From Clostridia bacterium (GTDB lineage Bacteria > Bacillota > Clostridia > Oscillospirales > CAG-272), in the NCBI GenBank assembly GCA_017517745.1, contig JAFWYJ010000047.1, forward strand, positions 2,150 through 66,149: DNA of 64,000 bases, written 5' to 3'. The position numbers and the translations under genes were made by a program. The notes under the pieces were generated by a model, which ran no database searches, was not told the DNA's origin, and saw only the letters and a list, made by a program, of their open reading frames with translations. How positions within the stretch are numbered: position 1 is the first letter of the stretch; each line of letters begins with the position of its first letter. Below, one piece after another: positions 46,370-56,034 of the stretch.

Positions 46370-48102
46370 ATTTGAAAACGAAATACGCGGTGGGCAAGCT
46401 CCCACACGGAGAATATCCGCGTCCGCAAATGCGGCGCGAGGATTGGGTTTGCCTCAACGGTACGTGGGATCTTTGCAAACGGAAACCGGACGGAAGTGTC
46501 ACCGATTGGCAGAAGATCCTGGTGCCGTTTTCCCCCGAAACGGTCAACAGCGGCGTTGCCGAGGGCTTTGTGCTTGAGGTGGGCGAGGAGTTGATCTATC
46601 AAAGAAGCTTTGAGGCGGACGCCTCCTTGCTTCGCGGCGTGACGCTCCTGCATTTCGGCGCGGTGGACAGCGAATGCAAGGTCTTTCTCAACGGGAAATC
46701 GGTCAGCTCGCACGTGGGCGGTTTTACCGCCTTTGTCTGCGACGTCAGCGACGTGATTCGCCCCGGGCAAAACGAGCTGCGCGTGGAGTGCCGCGACGAG
46801 GCGACGCGCAACAGCGGCGCGAGAGGAAAGCAAAGCGATCAGCGCGGCGGGATCTGGTACACGCCTCAGAGCGGCATCTGGCAGACGGTTTGGCTGGAAA
46901 GCATGCCGCGCGCATATATTCGCGATTTGAAGATCGTCCCGGACGCGCAGGAGAAGCGCGTGGAGATTTTTGCACAGAGCGACGGCGAGGAGATCGAGCT
47001 GACGCTCTTTGACGGTGAACGGGAGATCCTTTCGACCTCGTTCGTCGGTCACGTCACGCTCTCGCATGATTTCGAGCTTTGGTCGCCCGAGCATCCGAAG
47101 CTCTACGATTTCACGCTCAAGACGCGATCGGGTGATCTCGTGCGCTCCTATTTTGGTGTGCGCTCCTTCGGAAAGACGACCGACAAAAACGGACGGGCGC
47201 GCCTGACGCTCAACGGAAAGCCCTATTTTTTCAACGGTGTGCTGGATCAGGGCTATTGGTCGGACGGCATGCTGACCTACCCTTCCGACGAAGCCGCGAT
47301 CGAGGAGCTCGAGCGGCTCAAGGCGATGGGCTTCAATACGTTGCGCAAGCACATCAAGATCGAGCCGATGCGGTGGTATTATCACTGCGACCGTCTCGGG
47401 CTTGTCGTGTGGCAGGATTTTGTGAACGGCGGCGGGGAGTATTCCTTCGCGCACGTGGCGGCGCTTCCGTTCCTCGGATTCCATCACAAGGACCACGATT
47501 ACAAGTATTTTGCCCGTGAGGACGCGCGCGGCAGAGAAGAATTTTGGACGTCGGTTGACGAAACGCTTTCTCAGCTCGGAAACTGCGTCAGCATTGGCGT
47601 TTGGGTACCCTTCAACGAGGGCTGGGGACAGTTTGATTCGGCAAGCGTGACCGAGCACATCCGAAAAACAGATCCCACGCGCATCATCGATTCGGTCAGC
47701 GGTTGGCACGATCAGGGCGTGGGAAAGACCGAGCTTCGCAGTTTGCACACCTATTATACCAAGCTCAAGGTTCCCAAGGATACGCGTCCCGTGGTGCTGA
47801 GCGAGTTCGGTGGCTATTCGATGAAGATCGACGGTCACGTGTTTGATGAGGAAAAAGAATTCGGCTACAAAAAATTCCGCGACGCGAACGCGCTTCTCGG
47901 GGCGGTGCGCACGCTCTATCTGAAAAAGCTGAAGCCTTTGATCGCAAAAGGACTTTGCGGATGCATTTACACGCAGGTCTCCGACGTGGAGGAGGAGATC
48001 AACGGACTTTGGACCTATGACAGGGAGATCGTGAAGCTCCCGATCGAAGAAATGAAAAAGATCAACGACGAGATCGCCGCCGAGGCGGAAAAAGTCGAGT
48101 GA
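46366..48102 (+). CDS. Glycoside hydrolase family 2 (beta-glucuronidase/galactosidase-like)
   Basis: 578 aa. GH2 sugar-binding and TIM-barrel features (NGKSV..H.GGFT.F..DV, WSDGMLTYPSDEA, VPFNEGWGQ). Confidence 0.75.
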   Translation: MNLKTKYAVGKLPHGEYPRPQMRREDWVCLNGTWDLCKRKPDGSVTDWQKILVPFSPETVNSGVAEGFVLEVGEELIYQRSFEADASLLRGVTLLHFGAVDSECKVFLNGKSVSSHVGGFTAFVCDVSDVIRPGQNELRVECRDEATRNSGARGKQSDQRGGIWYTPQSGIWQTVWLESMPRAYIRDLKIVPDAQEKRVEIFAQSDGEEIELTLFDGEREILSTSFVGHVTLSHDFELWSPEHPKLYDFTLKTRSGDLVRSYFGVRSFGKTTDKNGRARLTLNGKPYFFNGVLDQGYWSDGMLTYPSDEAAIEELERLKAMGFNTLRKHIKIEPMRWYYHCDRLGLVVWQDFVNGGGEYSFAHVAALPFLGFHHKDHDYKYFAREDARGREEFWTSVDETLSQLGNCVSIGVWVPFNEGWGQFDSASVTEHIRKTDPTRIIDSVSGWHDQGVGKTELRSLHTYYTKLKVPKDTRPVVLSEFGGYSMKIDGHVFDEEKEFGYKKFRDANALLGAVRTLYLKKLKPLIAKGLCGCIYTQVSDVEEEINGLWTYDREIVKLPIEEMKKINDEIAAEAEKVE

Positions 48103-48123
48103 AGCAAAGAAAGGAACACGACC

Positions 48124-48831
48124 ATGAAAGTACCAACCCCTCATATTGCGGCAAAAGCCGATCAGATCGCCAAAACCGTCCTGATGCCGGGAGATCCGCT
48201 TCGTTCAGAATTCATCGCGAAGACCTATCTCGAAAATCCCGTGCTGGTCAATTCGATCCGAGGTGTCAACGGCTATACGGGAACCTATCACGGCAAGCCC
48301 GTGACCGTCATGGCGTCCGGCATGGGACAGCCCTCGATCGGAATCTATTCCTACGAGCTTTATCACGGCTACGACGTTGACGCGATCATCCGCGTCGGCT
48401 CTTGCGGCGCGTTTCATCCCGATCTGCACGTTCGCGACATCGTGATCGCGATGGGCGCTTGCACGAACGGCAACTACGCATCGCAGTTCCGCATGCCCGG
48501 AACCTTCTGCCCGATCGCCGATTTCGATCTGGTGCGCCGCGCGGCGGATCTCTGCCAAGCACGCGGTGTCAACTATAAGGTGGGCAATATCTTCTCGTCC
48601 GATACCTTCTACAACGCCGCCAACAGCGACACCGAATGGGCGAAAATGGGCGTTTTGGGCGTGGAGATGGAATCCGCCGCGCTCTATTGCAACGCCGCGT
48701 GGGCAGGGAAGAAGGCACTCTGCATCTGCACGGTGAGCGACAATTTCCTCGCCCCCGAGGAAAACGCTACCGCCGAGGAGCGGCAGACCTCCTTTACCGA
48801 CATGATGGAGATCGCGTTGGGGCTGCTTTGA
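48124..48831 (+). CDS. deoD: Purine nucleoside phosphorylase, DeoD type
   Basis: TPHI...AKTVLMPGDPLR...GYTGTYHGKPVTVMASGMGQPS and VEMESAALY motifs. Confidence 0.9.
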   Translation: MKVPTPHIAAKADQIAKTVLMPGDPLRSEFIAKTYLENPVLVNSIRGVNGYTGTYHGKPVTVMASGMGQPSIGIYSYELYHGYDVDAIIRVGSCGAFHPDLHVRDIVIAMGACTNGNYASQFRMPGTFCPIADFDLVRRAADLCQARGVNYKVGNIFSSDTFYNAANSDTEWAKMGVLGVEMESAALYCNAAWAGKKALCICTVSDNFLAPEENATAEERQTSFTDMMEIALGLL

Positions 48832-49052
48832 CGCTGCCTTGGGAATCATAAAAACAAAGCTGTAATTTGTGCGGATAAGAAACAAGCGGCTGAGTCAAAA
48901 GCTTTTTAAAGAGCAATTGACTCAGCCTTTTGCTATTTACCGGTAATTTCATGATACGGCAAAGCAAGCGGATGCTCAATACCCCCACGGTAAAGAACAT
49001 CCGCTTTTTTTGACGGCTGAGTTCATGACTCAGCTCCACAGTGTGCTTGGGA

Positions 49053-50768
49053 TTAATTGAAGTTTTTTTCTGTTACCCAGCCGGCTTCCGTGTGATAATA
49101 TACGGTGACGTTTTTTAGATCGAAGCCGCTTTGGATTTTCCTGAATTCTTCGGGGCTGCCGTAGAAATAAATGTTGGACAAAGCATCGCAGGAATAAAAC
49201 GCACCGGAACCTATTGTGGCAACACTGTCCGGAATCGTGATTTCTGTCAGTGCAGCACAGACGCTAAATGCAGACTCTCCAATGGTTGTAACGCTGTCGG
49301 GAATGGTAACGGATTTTAAATTTTCGCAATTTTCGAAGGAGGACTTCCCAATAGAAATAACGGAATCGGGAATCGTAACCTTTGTAATACTTGCGCAATT
49401 TCTGAACGCATTTTCATTAATCGTTGTAATTGTATTGGGAATCTCAAGCTCGGTAATTGGACTTCCATTTAATATCAACGAGAAAGGTCCGCCATAAAAG
49501 AGAGGGGTACGACTGGCCCATTTGATCGTGCACCAAGATTCAAGAGAGCTGATATTTACGTTCTCGGTACGCATGTAATCATCCCAACCTGATTGAACCT
49601 CTTTTAAAGTACTTGGAATTGTGATGCTTTTTAGGTCGAGACCATCAAAAGCCAGAATTTCGGTTTTAGTAACTCCTTCGGGAATAACGATGTGTTCAAT
49701 TTGATCGCATCCTTGAAATGCCCAAGCCGGTATTGTAGTTATTCCGTCGGCAATAATAACGGTGGTAAGATTTGTGCAATTTGCAAAAAAATCACGGAAG
49801 TTGTGAATGGATGCGGAATTTGCGGGTTTTGACTTCATTGCTCCGCTTGAAATCGTTGCGGATCTCAGCCCACTGCAGTTGTTAAATGCATATTGCTCCA
49901 TTGTGGTCACGCTCTGGGGAAGCTTGACCTCGGTCAAGCCGGTGCAGGAGTCAAACGCATATTGATTGATTCTTGTTACCTTGTCGGTAAATTCTACTTC
50001 TTTAATATTGGTGCCATGATAGCAGATATATGCGGGAACCGTGCTTCCGCCAAACACGACCTTGGTGATGGACGGTTGATTCAGGAATACGGTTTCCTCG
50101 GTAGGTGCGTATGCGGAATCGTAATACACGGTCTTTAAGTTGTCCGCTTTATAAAAGATCTGACTTCCAATGGCGGTGACGGAGGCGGGAATGTGAATTT
50201 CGGTCAGCCCTGTGCATTTATAAAACGCGCGTGTGCCGATTTCTTTTAAGTCTTCCAGCGGGAATACGATTTTTGTGATCGTCTCGTTTTCCGCAAACGC
50301 TTTGCTTCCGATTGCCGTGACTGCATAGCTTCCGATCTTTTGCGGGATGTAAATTTCCGTATCCTTGCAATCTCCGATGCCCGTGATTGTGCAGGTGTAC
50401 TGATCACCGTTTACTTCATACGAAAGCCCCGAGGAGCCGATCGGCGAAACGAAGTCGTCGTGGTAACTGTCGCTGCAATAGATGCATTTGTATACCGTGT
50501 ATCCCGGCTCTGTTTTTGTAGGCTTCTTTTTTTCGCCGGGCTTGTAGGTGTGTGTGTGCGTATCCTCGGCGTCGCTTCTATCCTCTTTCTTGGGCGGTGT
50601 ATCTTCCTTCTCGTTCTTGTTATCGGATGGATCGGCTTGCTCCAATGAATCCTTGGTGGGATCCTCACCTGCCGTGGGGGGCGTGTTATCTCCGTTGTTG
50701 ACACCGCAGGAGACAAGTATCAACAGTACCAATAAGAGGGATAAGAGTGCGGAAAGTTGCTTTTTCAT
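49053..50768 (-). CDS. BspA-type leucine-rich-repeat surface lipoprotein
   Basis: Lipobox LLILVSCG. Many IPDSVTxIGxxAFxxCxxL repeats. GC content is lower than its neighbours. Confidence 0.8.
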   Translation of the reverse strand: MKKQLSALLSLLLVLLILVSCGVNNGDNTPPTAGEDPTKDSLEQADPSDNKNEKEDTPPKKEDRSDAEDTHTHTYKPGEKKKPTKTEPGYTVYKCIYCSDSYHDDFVSPIGSSGLSYEVNGDQYTCTITGIGDCKDTEIYIPQKIGSYAVTAIGSKAFAENETITKIVFPLEDLKEIGTRAFYKCTGLTEIHIPASVTAIGSQIFYKADNLKTVYYDSAYAPTEETVFLNQPSITKVVFGGSTVPAYICYHGTNIKEVEFTDKVTRINQYAFDSCTGLTEVKLPQSVTTMEQYAFNNCSGLRSATISSGAMKSKPANSASIHNFRDFFANCTNLTTVIIADGITTIPAWAFQGCDQIEHIVIPEGVTKTEILAFDGLDLKSITIPSTLKEVQSGWDDYMRTENVNISSLESWCTIKWASRTPLFYGGPFSLILNGSPITELEIPNTITTINENAFRNCASITKVTIPDSVISIGKSSFENCENLKSVTIPDSVTTIGESAFSVCAALTEITIPDSVATIGSGAFYSCDALSNIYFYGSPEEFRKIQSGFDLKNVTVYYHTEAGWVTEKNFN

Positions 50769-50801
50769 GATGATTCCTTTCTTGCTTTTTCATTTTCCCA
50801 T

Positions 50802-50844
50802 ATGTAACAGATTGTTACATATATATTGTAACATAATGTTACAA
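50802..50844. promoter_or_regulatory. Two adjacent operator-like palindromes (TGTAAC-N5-GTTACA)
   Basis: ATGTAACAGATTGTTACAT at 50802..50820 and TTGTAACATAATGTTACAA at 50826..50844. They sit in the divergent intergenic region between the LRR gene and the small HTH gene. Confidence 0.6.
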
Positions 50845-50874
50845 TATTGTCAAGGGATATTCGGAGGATTTTTT

Positions 50875-51087
50875 ATGAAAATGATTGGATTGCGCGAAAT
50901 TCGGAAGAAAAAGCATTATAGTCAATTAAAAGTGGCAATGGATCTATCGATCAGTAGGGAAGCGCTCTCTTATTATGAAAACGGAAAACGAAGTCCGGAT
51001 ATTGAAATGTTGGTGACGTTCTCCAATTATTTTAACGTCTCGATTGATTATTTGATTTTGGGTAGGGAATTTGAAAATAAACAATAA
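50875..51087 (+). CDS. Small XRE-family HTH regulator
   Basis: 70 aa. HTH YSQLKVAMDLSISREALSYYENGKRSP. GGAGGA RBS precedes the ATG at 50875. Confidence 0.75.
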   Translation: MKMIGLREIRKKKHYSQLKVAMDLSISREALSYYENGKRSPDIEMLVTFSNYFNVSIDYLILGREFENKQ

Positions 51088-51120
51088 AAAAGAACCGCTG
51101 TGCGATTGCACAGCGGTTCT
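51085..51120 (-). terminator. Terminator downstream of rplL, shared with the convergent HTH gene
   Basis: GAACCGCTGTGC / GCACAGCGGTTC stem with TTTTTT on the minus strand. Confidence 0.75.
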
Positions 51121-51154
51121 TCTGTTATCACAGACAGAATTTTGAGGGTTGAAA

Positions 51155-51538
51155 TTACTTAATTTCAACAGTTGCGCCAGCCTCAACGAGAGCTGCCTTA
51201 ACCTTCTCAGCCTCGTCCTTGGAAACGCCTTCCTTCACGGTCTTGGGAGCGCCCTCAACCAGATCCTTCGCGTCCTTCAGACCCAGACCGGTGATCTCAC
51301 GAACAGCCTTGATAACGTTGAGCTTGTTAGCACCAAAGTTAGCGAGGATAACGTCGAACTCGGTCTTCTCTTCAGCTGCGGGAGCTGCTGCGCCTGCTGC
51401 TGCAACTACGCCAACGGGAGCTGCTGCGGAAACGCCAAATTCTTCCTCAACTGCCTTCACGAGGTCGTTGAGCTCAAGGATGGTCAGAGACTTGATCTCT
51501 TCCAGAATGTTAGTAATCTTTTCGGATGCCATTTTCAT
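51155..51538 (-). CDS. rplL: 50S ribosomal protein L7/L12
   Basis: Canonical sequence ...[41 protein letters not shown]. Confidence 0.95.
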   Translation of the reverse strand: MKMASEKITNILEEIKSLTILELNDLVKAVEEEFGVSAAAPVGVVAAAGAAAPAAEEKTEFDVILANFGANKLNVIKAVREITGLGLKDAKDLVEGAPKTVKEGVSKDEAEKVKAALVEAGATVEIK

Positions 51539-51639
51539 TTACCTCCAAAATCAAAATAATCTTTTTTTGAATTTTTATGTTCCGATTTTAGGCGGGATTC
51601 GGTAACCCGTAGTGAACAGGGGCGGGCAGAATGCGAAAA

Positions 51640-52161
51640 TTATGCTTCTGCGGGAGCCTCTTCTCCACCGTTTTCCTTGTCCGTGATCGCTTTGATCGCG
51701 TACGCGAACTTGTAAAGCGGAGACTGGATGGAGCCAAGGAGCTTTGCAATGAGAGTTTCCTTGTTCGGAATCTCAGCCAGCTCGTTAACGGTCTTAGCAT
51801 CGATCACAGCGCCGTCTACATAACCTGCGAGAATGTTGAAGGACTCAACCTTCTCAGCGTAGGTCTTGAGAATTTTCGCAGCCACGACGGGATCGTTTTC
51901 GCTGATTGCGATTGCGGTCATTCCGCTGAGGTACTGCTTCATTTCTCCGTAGCCAACCATGTCGCAAGCTCTGCCGGTCATGGTGTTCTTCATGACGACA
52001 TACTTTACGCCTGCTTCACGGAGAGCCTTACGCATTGCGGTGTCGTTTTCCACGGTGATACCCTGATAGTTGACGACCACGCCTGCTGCGGAATTCTTGA
52101 TTTGCTCTGCCAGATCAGCAACGATTTGCTGCTTCTGCGCGAGAATGGAATTGCTCGGCAT
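51640..52161 (-). CDS. rplJ: 50S ribosomal protein L10
   Basis: 173 aa upstream of rplL with typical L10 sequence. Confidence 0.9.
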   Translation of the reverse strand: MPSNSILAQKQQIVADLAEQIKNSAAGVVVNYQGITVENDTAMRKALREAGVKYVVMKNTMTGRACDMVGYGEMKQYLSGMTAIAISENDPVVAAKILKTYAEKVESFNILAGYVDGAVIDAKTVNELAEIPNKETLIAKLLGSIQSPLYKFAYAIKAITDKENGGEEAPAEA

Positions 52162-52300
52162 TTCGTTTCACCTCCCAATGTGAATTGAGCGAATAAAAAA
52201 ATCTTTCTTCCGGCTCCGTACAAACATGCCGAAAAGAAAGATTGCATCACAAAAAATCTGTAATTCAATTCCTCTCCTCGGCAGGAAAGCTTTCGCTTTT
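52162..52300 (-). promoter_or_regulatory. rplJ 5' leader (probable L10 autoregulatory leader)
   Basis: Untranslated region of about 140 nt between rplJ and the next gene. Assigned by position only; the structure was not verified. Confidence 0.3.
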
Positions 52301-52437
52301 ACCGGAACCTGCTGTCTTTGGATAACGGCATATATTATATCACGAAGAAATTCCCTTGTCAAGGGGTTTTTGAAAAAAAGTTAAAAAAATCAAATTTTTT
52401 TGAATTTTCTATCAAAAAGGATATTTTTGAGGAAAAA

Positions 52438-53583
52438 TCAATAGGAAACCGAATAATAGGTGCGGTTGACCAGGGTCTTTGTGAAGTTGCTTCCCACGCG
52501 AACCAGATGGAAGACGCGGGAATCGCGGTCGACCGCAAAGACCGTCAGGCAATCCTCTGCCTTGGTGTTGCGCGCGCGCGGCAGGTCACAGCCGAGATTG
52601 TCCCAATTGTCGTTGGCGGAGGAGGGGAAGGCGACGACGTTCTGATCCGGATATGCCGCGCTGGTTCCCAAGAAATCGACGTGATTGTGTCCCGTGAGAT
52701 AGGCGATGAAGACGCCCTTTCCGCGTGCGGAAAAATCCGCGCGGACCTTCAGAGTCGGCAAAAGCTCGGTGTTGGCGATAGGGGCGTAGTCCTTGTTCAA
52801 AATGCTGCCGTTCACCCAGGCGTTGACAACGTCGGGGACCATTTCGCTTTTTCCGTAGGTCAGCGGAGCCGTGCCGCCGAAGCCTTTGATGCTTGCCTGC
52901 GTCCAATCGCACTCTGTGATCTTTCCGGAATCGGGATAGGCGTGGCGCGCGATCATGACGTGATAATCCTGCGGAACTGCCGCAAGCGTCTCGACCAGCC
53001 AATCCAGCTGCTCCTGACTCATGCATTCCACGGCACGCGTGATCTTGAAATCGCCGTTTTCATCGCGGTCGTCGGGCACCATATAGTCATCCAAGACGAT
53101 CAGCGTGACCTGATACTCGTCAAAATTGACCGAATAATAGGTTTTCTCCAGGGAGGGGAGTCCCATATATTTCAGATTGGGGCGGATCAGCTTGTCAAAG
53201 ACCTGCTGTTTGGTGCCGCTGACGTCCTGCTTGTCGCTGTTGCCGCCGTCGTGGTTTCCGATGACGGTATAAAACGGCTTGGGCGTGTTCTTCAGGGTGG
53301 CGCTCTTCAACGCGATCGAATACCAGGTTCCGTCGTTTTCCGAGTAGTTGCTTCCTTGAATGTCGCCAAGGCAAATGCCTGCGTCCAAAGCTTCCATCTC
53401 GTTCAGATACTCCAGCGCGTGGGAGAGCTGCTCGACAGAGCGGTGAATGTCCGCCGTGACCAGCATGGCAAAGCGCTTGGGCAGTTTGCGACCGTGTCCG
53501 TAGTCGCCCACGTTGGCAGCGGCGTTGACGATGTGCTCCACGTCCTTGTTGCGGATCGCGACGATTCCTTCGTAATGACTCAT
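52438..53583 (-). CDS. Calcineurin-like metallophosphoesterase
   Basis: GDIQGS, GNHDGG and GHNHVD motifs. Confidence 0.75.
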   Translation of the reverse strand: MSHYEGIVAIRNKDVEHIVNAAANVGDYGHGRKLPKRFAMLVTADIHRSVEQLSHALEYLNEMEALDAGICLGDIQGSNYSENDGTWYSIALKSATLKNTPKPFYTVIGNHDGGNSDKQDVSGTKQQVFDKLIRPNLKYMGLPSLEKTYYSVNFDEYQVTLIVLDDYMVPDDRDENGDFKITRAVECMSQEQLDWLVETLAAVPQDYHVMIARHAYPDSGKITECDWTQASIKGFGGTAPLTYGKSEMVPDVVNAWVNGSILNKDYAPIANTELLPTLKVRADFSARGKGVFIAYLTGHNHVDFLGTSAAYPDQNVVAFPSSANDNWDNLGCDLPRARNTKAEDCLTVFAVDRDSRVFHLVRVGSNFTKTLVNRTYYSVSY

Positions 53584-53736
53584 GGTTCCTTCTCCTTAGT
53601 TTGGTATGATACAGTCTTTTTTGCGAACAATCGCATTTGTGAGTATAGTATATCACAATTTTTCCAAAAAATCAATTTTTTTACAAAAGAAACACAAAAA
53701 AGAGTGGAGGAGGTAGGATGTGCGGCGAAAAGTTAC

Positions 53737-53765
53737 TTGACAGACGGTGGTTTGCGTGGTATAAT
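53737..53765 (+). promoter_or_regulatory. Consensus sigma-A promoter of the flavodoxin-like gene
   Basis: TTGACA (53737-53742), 17 nt spacer, TATAAT (53760-53765). Confidence 0.6.
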
Positions 53766-53808
53766 AAAAATGCTTTTCTATCATAATGTAAAAAGGGAGG
53801 AGAACGGC

Positions 53809-54354
53809 ATGAAAATTCTGATCGCCTATGCATCGAAGCACGGAACGGCAAAGATTTGTGTTGAGCGTTTGGTCAGCAATTGGCGCGGGTTGGACGTCAC
53901 CGCGGTGGATCTTGAACAACAGTCTGTGGATCCCGCGGAATACGATGCCGTTGTATTTGGCTCCTCCGTATATTTTGGGAAGCTCCGCCCCGCCGCACGC
54001 AGATTTCTGGACACCTATGAAACCGTCCTCCTTCAAAAAACGACGGTGCTCTTTTTGTGTTGCGGATTGACGGCTGAGGCTGAATATTACAAGAAAAAGC
54101 TCTTTCCTGCGGCTCTGCGAGAGAGTGCTTTTGACGTGCTTTTTTTCGGAGGCTCGCTGAGCACCCGCGGACTTTCCTTCTTTGAGAAGATTGCGGTTCG
54201 CTCGATGCGCTCGGCGCTTTACGAGGAGAGCATCGACAACGGAGATTATTCCGCCCCCTCACTCCCCGGGATTCTTCCCGAGAACATCGACAAGTTGGCA
54301 ACCGAGTTTCGCAGGCATCTTGCGCAGACACAAAGGGGATCGGAGGAAGGATAA
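53809..54354 (+). CDS. Flavodoxin-domain protein (HemG-like)
   Basis: MKILIAYASKHGTAK...VVFGSSVYFGK. GGGAGGAG RBS. This is the 3' part of the composite ORF 52318..54354. Confidence 0.75.
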   Translation: MKILIAYASKHGTAKICVERLVSNWRGLDVTAVDLEQQSVDPAEYDAVVFGSSVYFGKLRPAARRFLDTYETVLLQKTTVLFLCCGLTAEAEYYKKKLFPAALRESAFDVLFFGGSLSTRGLSFFEKIAVRSMRSALYEESIDNGDYSAPSLPGILPENIDKLATEFRRHLAQTQRGSEEG

Positions 54355-54416
54355 AAAGCACAATGCCGTCGGATGAAAATTCTCACTCTTTTGGCAAATT
54401 GACCAAATAAAAAATC

Positions 54417-54445
54417 TTGACAAAGGAAAACAAATGTGATATAAT
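54417..54445 (+). promoter_or_regulatory. Consensus sigma-A promoter of tRNA-Lys
   Basis: TTGACA (54417-54422), 17 nt spacer, TATAAT (54440-54445) with a TG-extended -10. Confidence 0.65.
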
Positions 54446-54466
54446 GTTATGGTAACCGAAAAATAA

Positions 54467-54542
54467 GACCCATTAGCTCAGATGGCAGAGCACATGACTT
54501 TTAATCATGGTGTCCGGAGTTCGACTCTCCGATGGGTCACCA
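54467..54542 (+). tRNA. tRNA-Lys (anticodon UUU), CCA encoded
   Basis: Acceptor stem GACCCAT/ATGGGTC, D arm GCTCAGATGGCAGAGC, anticodon stem CATGA/TCATG with loop CTTTTAA, T arm CGGAGTTCGACTCTCCG. Confidence 0.9.
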
Positions 54543-54546
54543 AAAA

Positions 54547-54584
54547 GAGAGCAGACATCGCAATGCGATGTCTGCTCTCTTTTT
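54547..54584 (+). terminator. Intrinsic terminator after tRNA-Lys
   Basis: GAGAGCAGACATCGCA / TGCGATGTCTGCTCTC stem followed by TTTTT. Confidence 0.8.
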
Positions 54585-54681
54585 GCCGACTCGCGATGCG
54601 AGTCGGACTCTGCGAGGCGAAGCCTCGCCGGAACGTGCGCTGCCGCAGAGAAATGCTTTTGGAGGACAATGGCGCACGTTT

Positions 54682-54704
54682 GAGTTCTGACTCTCCGATG
54701 GATC
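54682..54704 (+). repeat. Degenerate duplicate of the tRNA-Lys 3' end
   Basis: GAGTTCTGACTCTCCGATGGATC compared with GAGTTCGACTCTCCGATGGGTC at 54517..54538. Confidence 0.6.
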
Positions 54705-54737
54705 GCGTTCGCGATCCTCTTTTTTATTTTTCGCGTC

Positions 54738-55151
54738 TCATTTCAGAAGCTCGTCGGTCAGGCGAATGATCTCGGGTGCAAGTTGCTTGCGCTTGGCTTT
54801 TACGATGGCGGCATAGACGGGGTATGCAAGGCTTGCAAGGATGCCCCCGACAACACCGATGCTGATGCCGATCACCATTGCCGTCCCCGCTGAAAGACCG
54901 AGGAGTTCTGCAAGCTCTGTCATGATAAGGCTCATGCCAAAACCAAGAATCAGCGCACCGATGATGCCAAAACCAAGAGCCACCGCCTGCGCGGTATTGG
55001 TTACGCTTGCATCGAGTTTGCGCAGACGCGCCATCTTGTCTTCTTCTTCCGTAGGCTCGGTATATTTCGCGCGGATCTTTTTCAGCTCTGCCTGCTCTTT
55101 GGCGGAGTAGCTATAAGTGAATCCGTTTTGTTCCTGATGGTTACGTTCCAT
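54738..55151 (-). CDS. Small 2-TM membrane protein, paralog 1 of 3
   Basis: FTYSYSAKEQAELKKIRAKY...KLD...GFGIIGALILGFGMS...YPVY...LAPEI..L. GAGGT RBS precedes the ATG at 55151. Confidence 0.65.
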   Translation of the reverse strand: MERNHQEQNGFTYSYSAKEQAELKKIRAKYTEPTEEEDKMARLRKLDASVTNTAQAVALGFGIIGALILGFGMSLIMTELAELLGLSAGTAMVIGISIGVVGGILASLAYPVYAAIVKAKRKQLAPEIIRLTDELLK

Positions 55152-55167
55152 TTTCAACCTCTGTTTT

Positions 55168-56034
55168 TCATTGTTTGAGTTTCTTTGTTCCAACCGCGAT
55201 CATATAAATCGCCATTGCAACGATCAAAAGGGAGATCGCGCCGCCGGTGGCTCCAAGCATCCATTTTTGCTCCGTTGCCGTCATGGTTCCGTCACCGAAG
55301 GTCGTAAGCATCGTGGATTCCAGCGTCAGCATTGACACGAGAGCCGCCGCGAGGCTGATGGTTTTGGATGCCGAAAAGACGGGGCTGTTATATTTTCGAT
55401 ACTTGATGACGTTGATGATCGCGGCGGTCAGTGCGGTAAAGGTATAAGCTGCCATTGCGATCGCCGTAATCATATGATGGTGGAAGGTTCTGTTCCAATA
55501 GACCATAAAGAAGATGATCAGCGCCAAGGCTAAATTCATAACGAGAAATACGATGCCGCAGATGCGGTATTTTTCCAGCTCGGTCTTCATCTTTTCGCCC
55601 GGGGCATACCTTGTGGTATGACGCGCCAAGAAGAATCGCATGACGCCAAGACAAACGTAGTACGCTCCGAGGGAACAGAACCAGAAGGTGTGATGATAAA
55701 ATCCAAGCCACAACTGAAAGATCCCATACAAGGCGTTCCACGCGAGTGCGCCGTAAAGAGATACGTTCACCCGCAAGCGCGTATCGTCCAGCCAGCGTCT
55801 TGCGAACTTATTTTCTTCCTTAAAAGTGCGAAAAAAACGGATCAGATAGGGGGTTTTGAAGCACCAGATCGTCAACGTGTAGGCGGAAAGAACGTAAGAC
55901 ATGATCGTGATCGGGGATTCCGTACCGATGAAAACCATAGAGCCGACGAGCAGAACGGTGGCGATGGGAAGCAGCACGATCATGATTGCGATGTGAGGAA
56001 ACAGCAGGGCTTTACCGATTTTCTTCCAATTCAT
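55168..56034 (-). CDS. Polytopic membrane protein of unknown function, downstream of the two-component system
   Basis: 288 aa with about 7 hydrophobic segments. Overlaps the histidine kinase stop. Confidence 0.6.
   Translation of the reverse strand: MNWKKIGKALLFPHIAIMIVLLPIATVLLVGSMVFIGTESPITIMSYVLSAYTLTIWCFKTPYLIRFFRTFKEENKFARRWLDDTRLRVNVSLYGALAWNALYGIFQLWLGFYHHTFWFCSLGAYYVCLGVMRFFLARHTTRYAPGEKMKTELEKYRICGIVFLVMNLALALIIFFMVYWNRTFHHHMITAIAMAAYTFTALTAAIINVIKYRKYNSPVFSASKTISLAAALVSMLTLESTMLTTFGDGTMTATEQKWMLGATGGAISLLIVAMAIYMIAVGTKKLKQ

Noticed and set aside
46255-48144. 629-aa minus-strand ORF antisense to the GH2 gene; also 45101..46405, antisense to the MFS gene
   Set aside because: The plus-strand products have recognisable family features and ATGA coupling. 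The antisense ORFs show only GC-bias composition.
48880-49040. Three hairpins sharing CTGAGTCA/TGACTCAG between deoD and the LRR gene, considered as a possible regulatory repeat
   Set aside because: They are most simply read as convergent terminators: GGCTGAGTCAA...TTGACTCAGCC followed by T-rich sequence, and GCGGATG...CATCCGC followed by TTTTTTT. The shared 8-mer is short and palindromic.
52318-53800. 5' part of the 678-aa plus-strand ORF 52318..54354
   Set aside because: Only the last 181 aa (from 53809) form a flavodoxin-like protein with its own promoter and RBS. The upstream part is antisense to a metallophosphoesterase with clear motifs.
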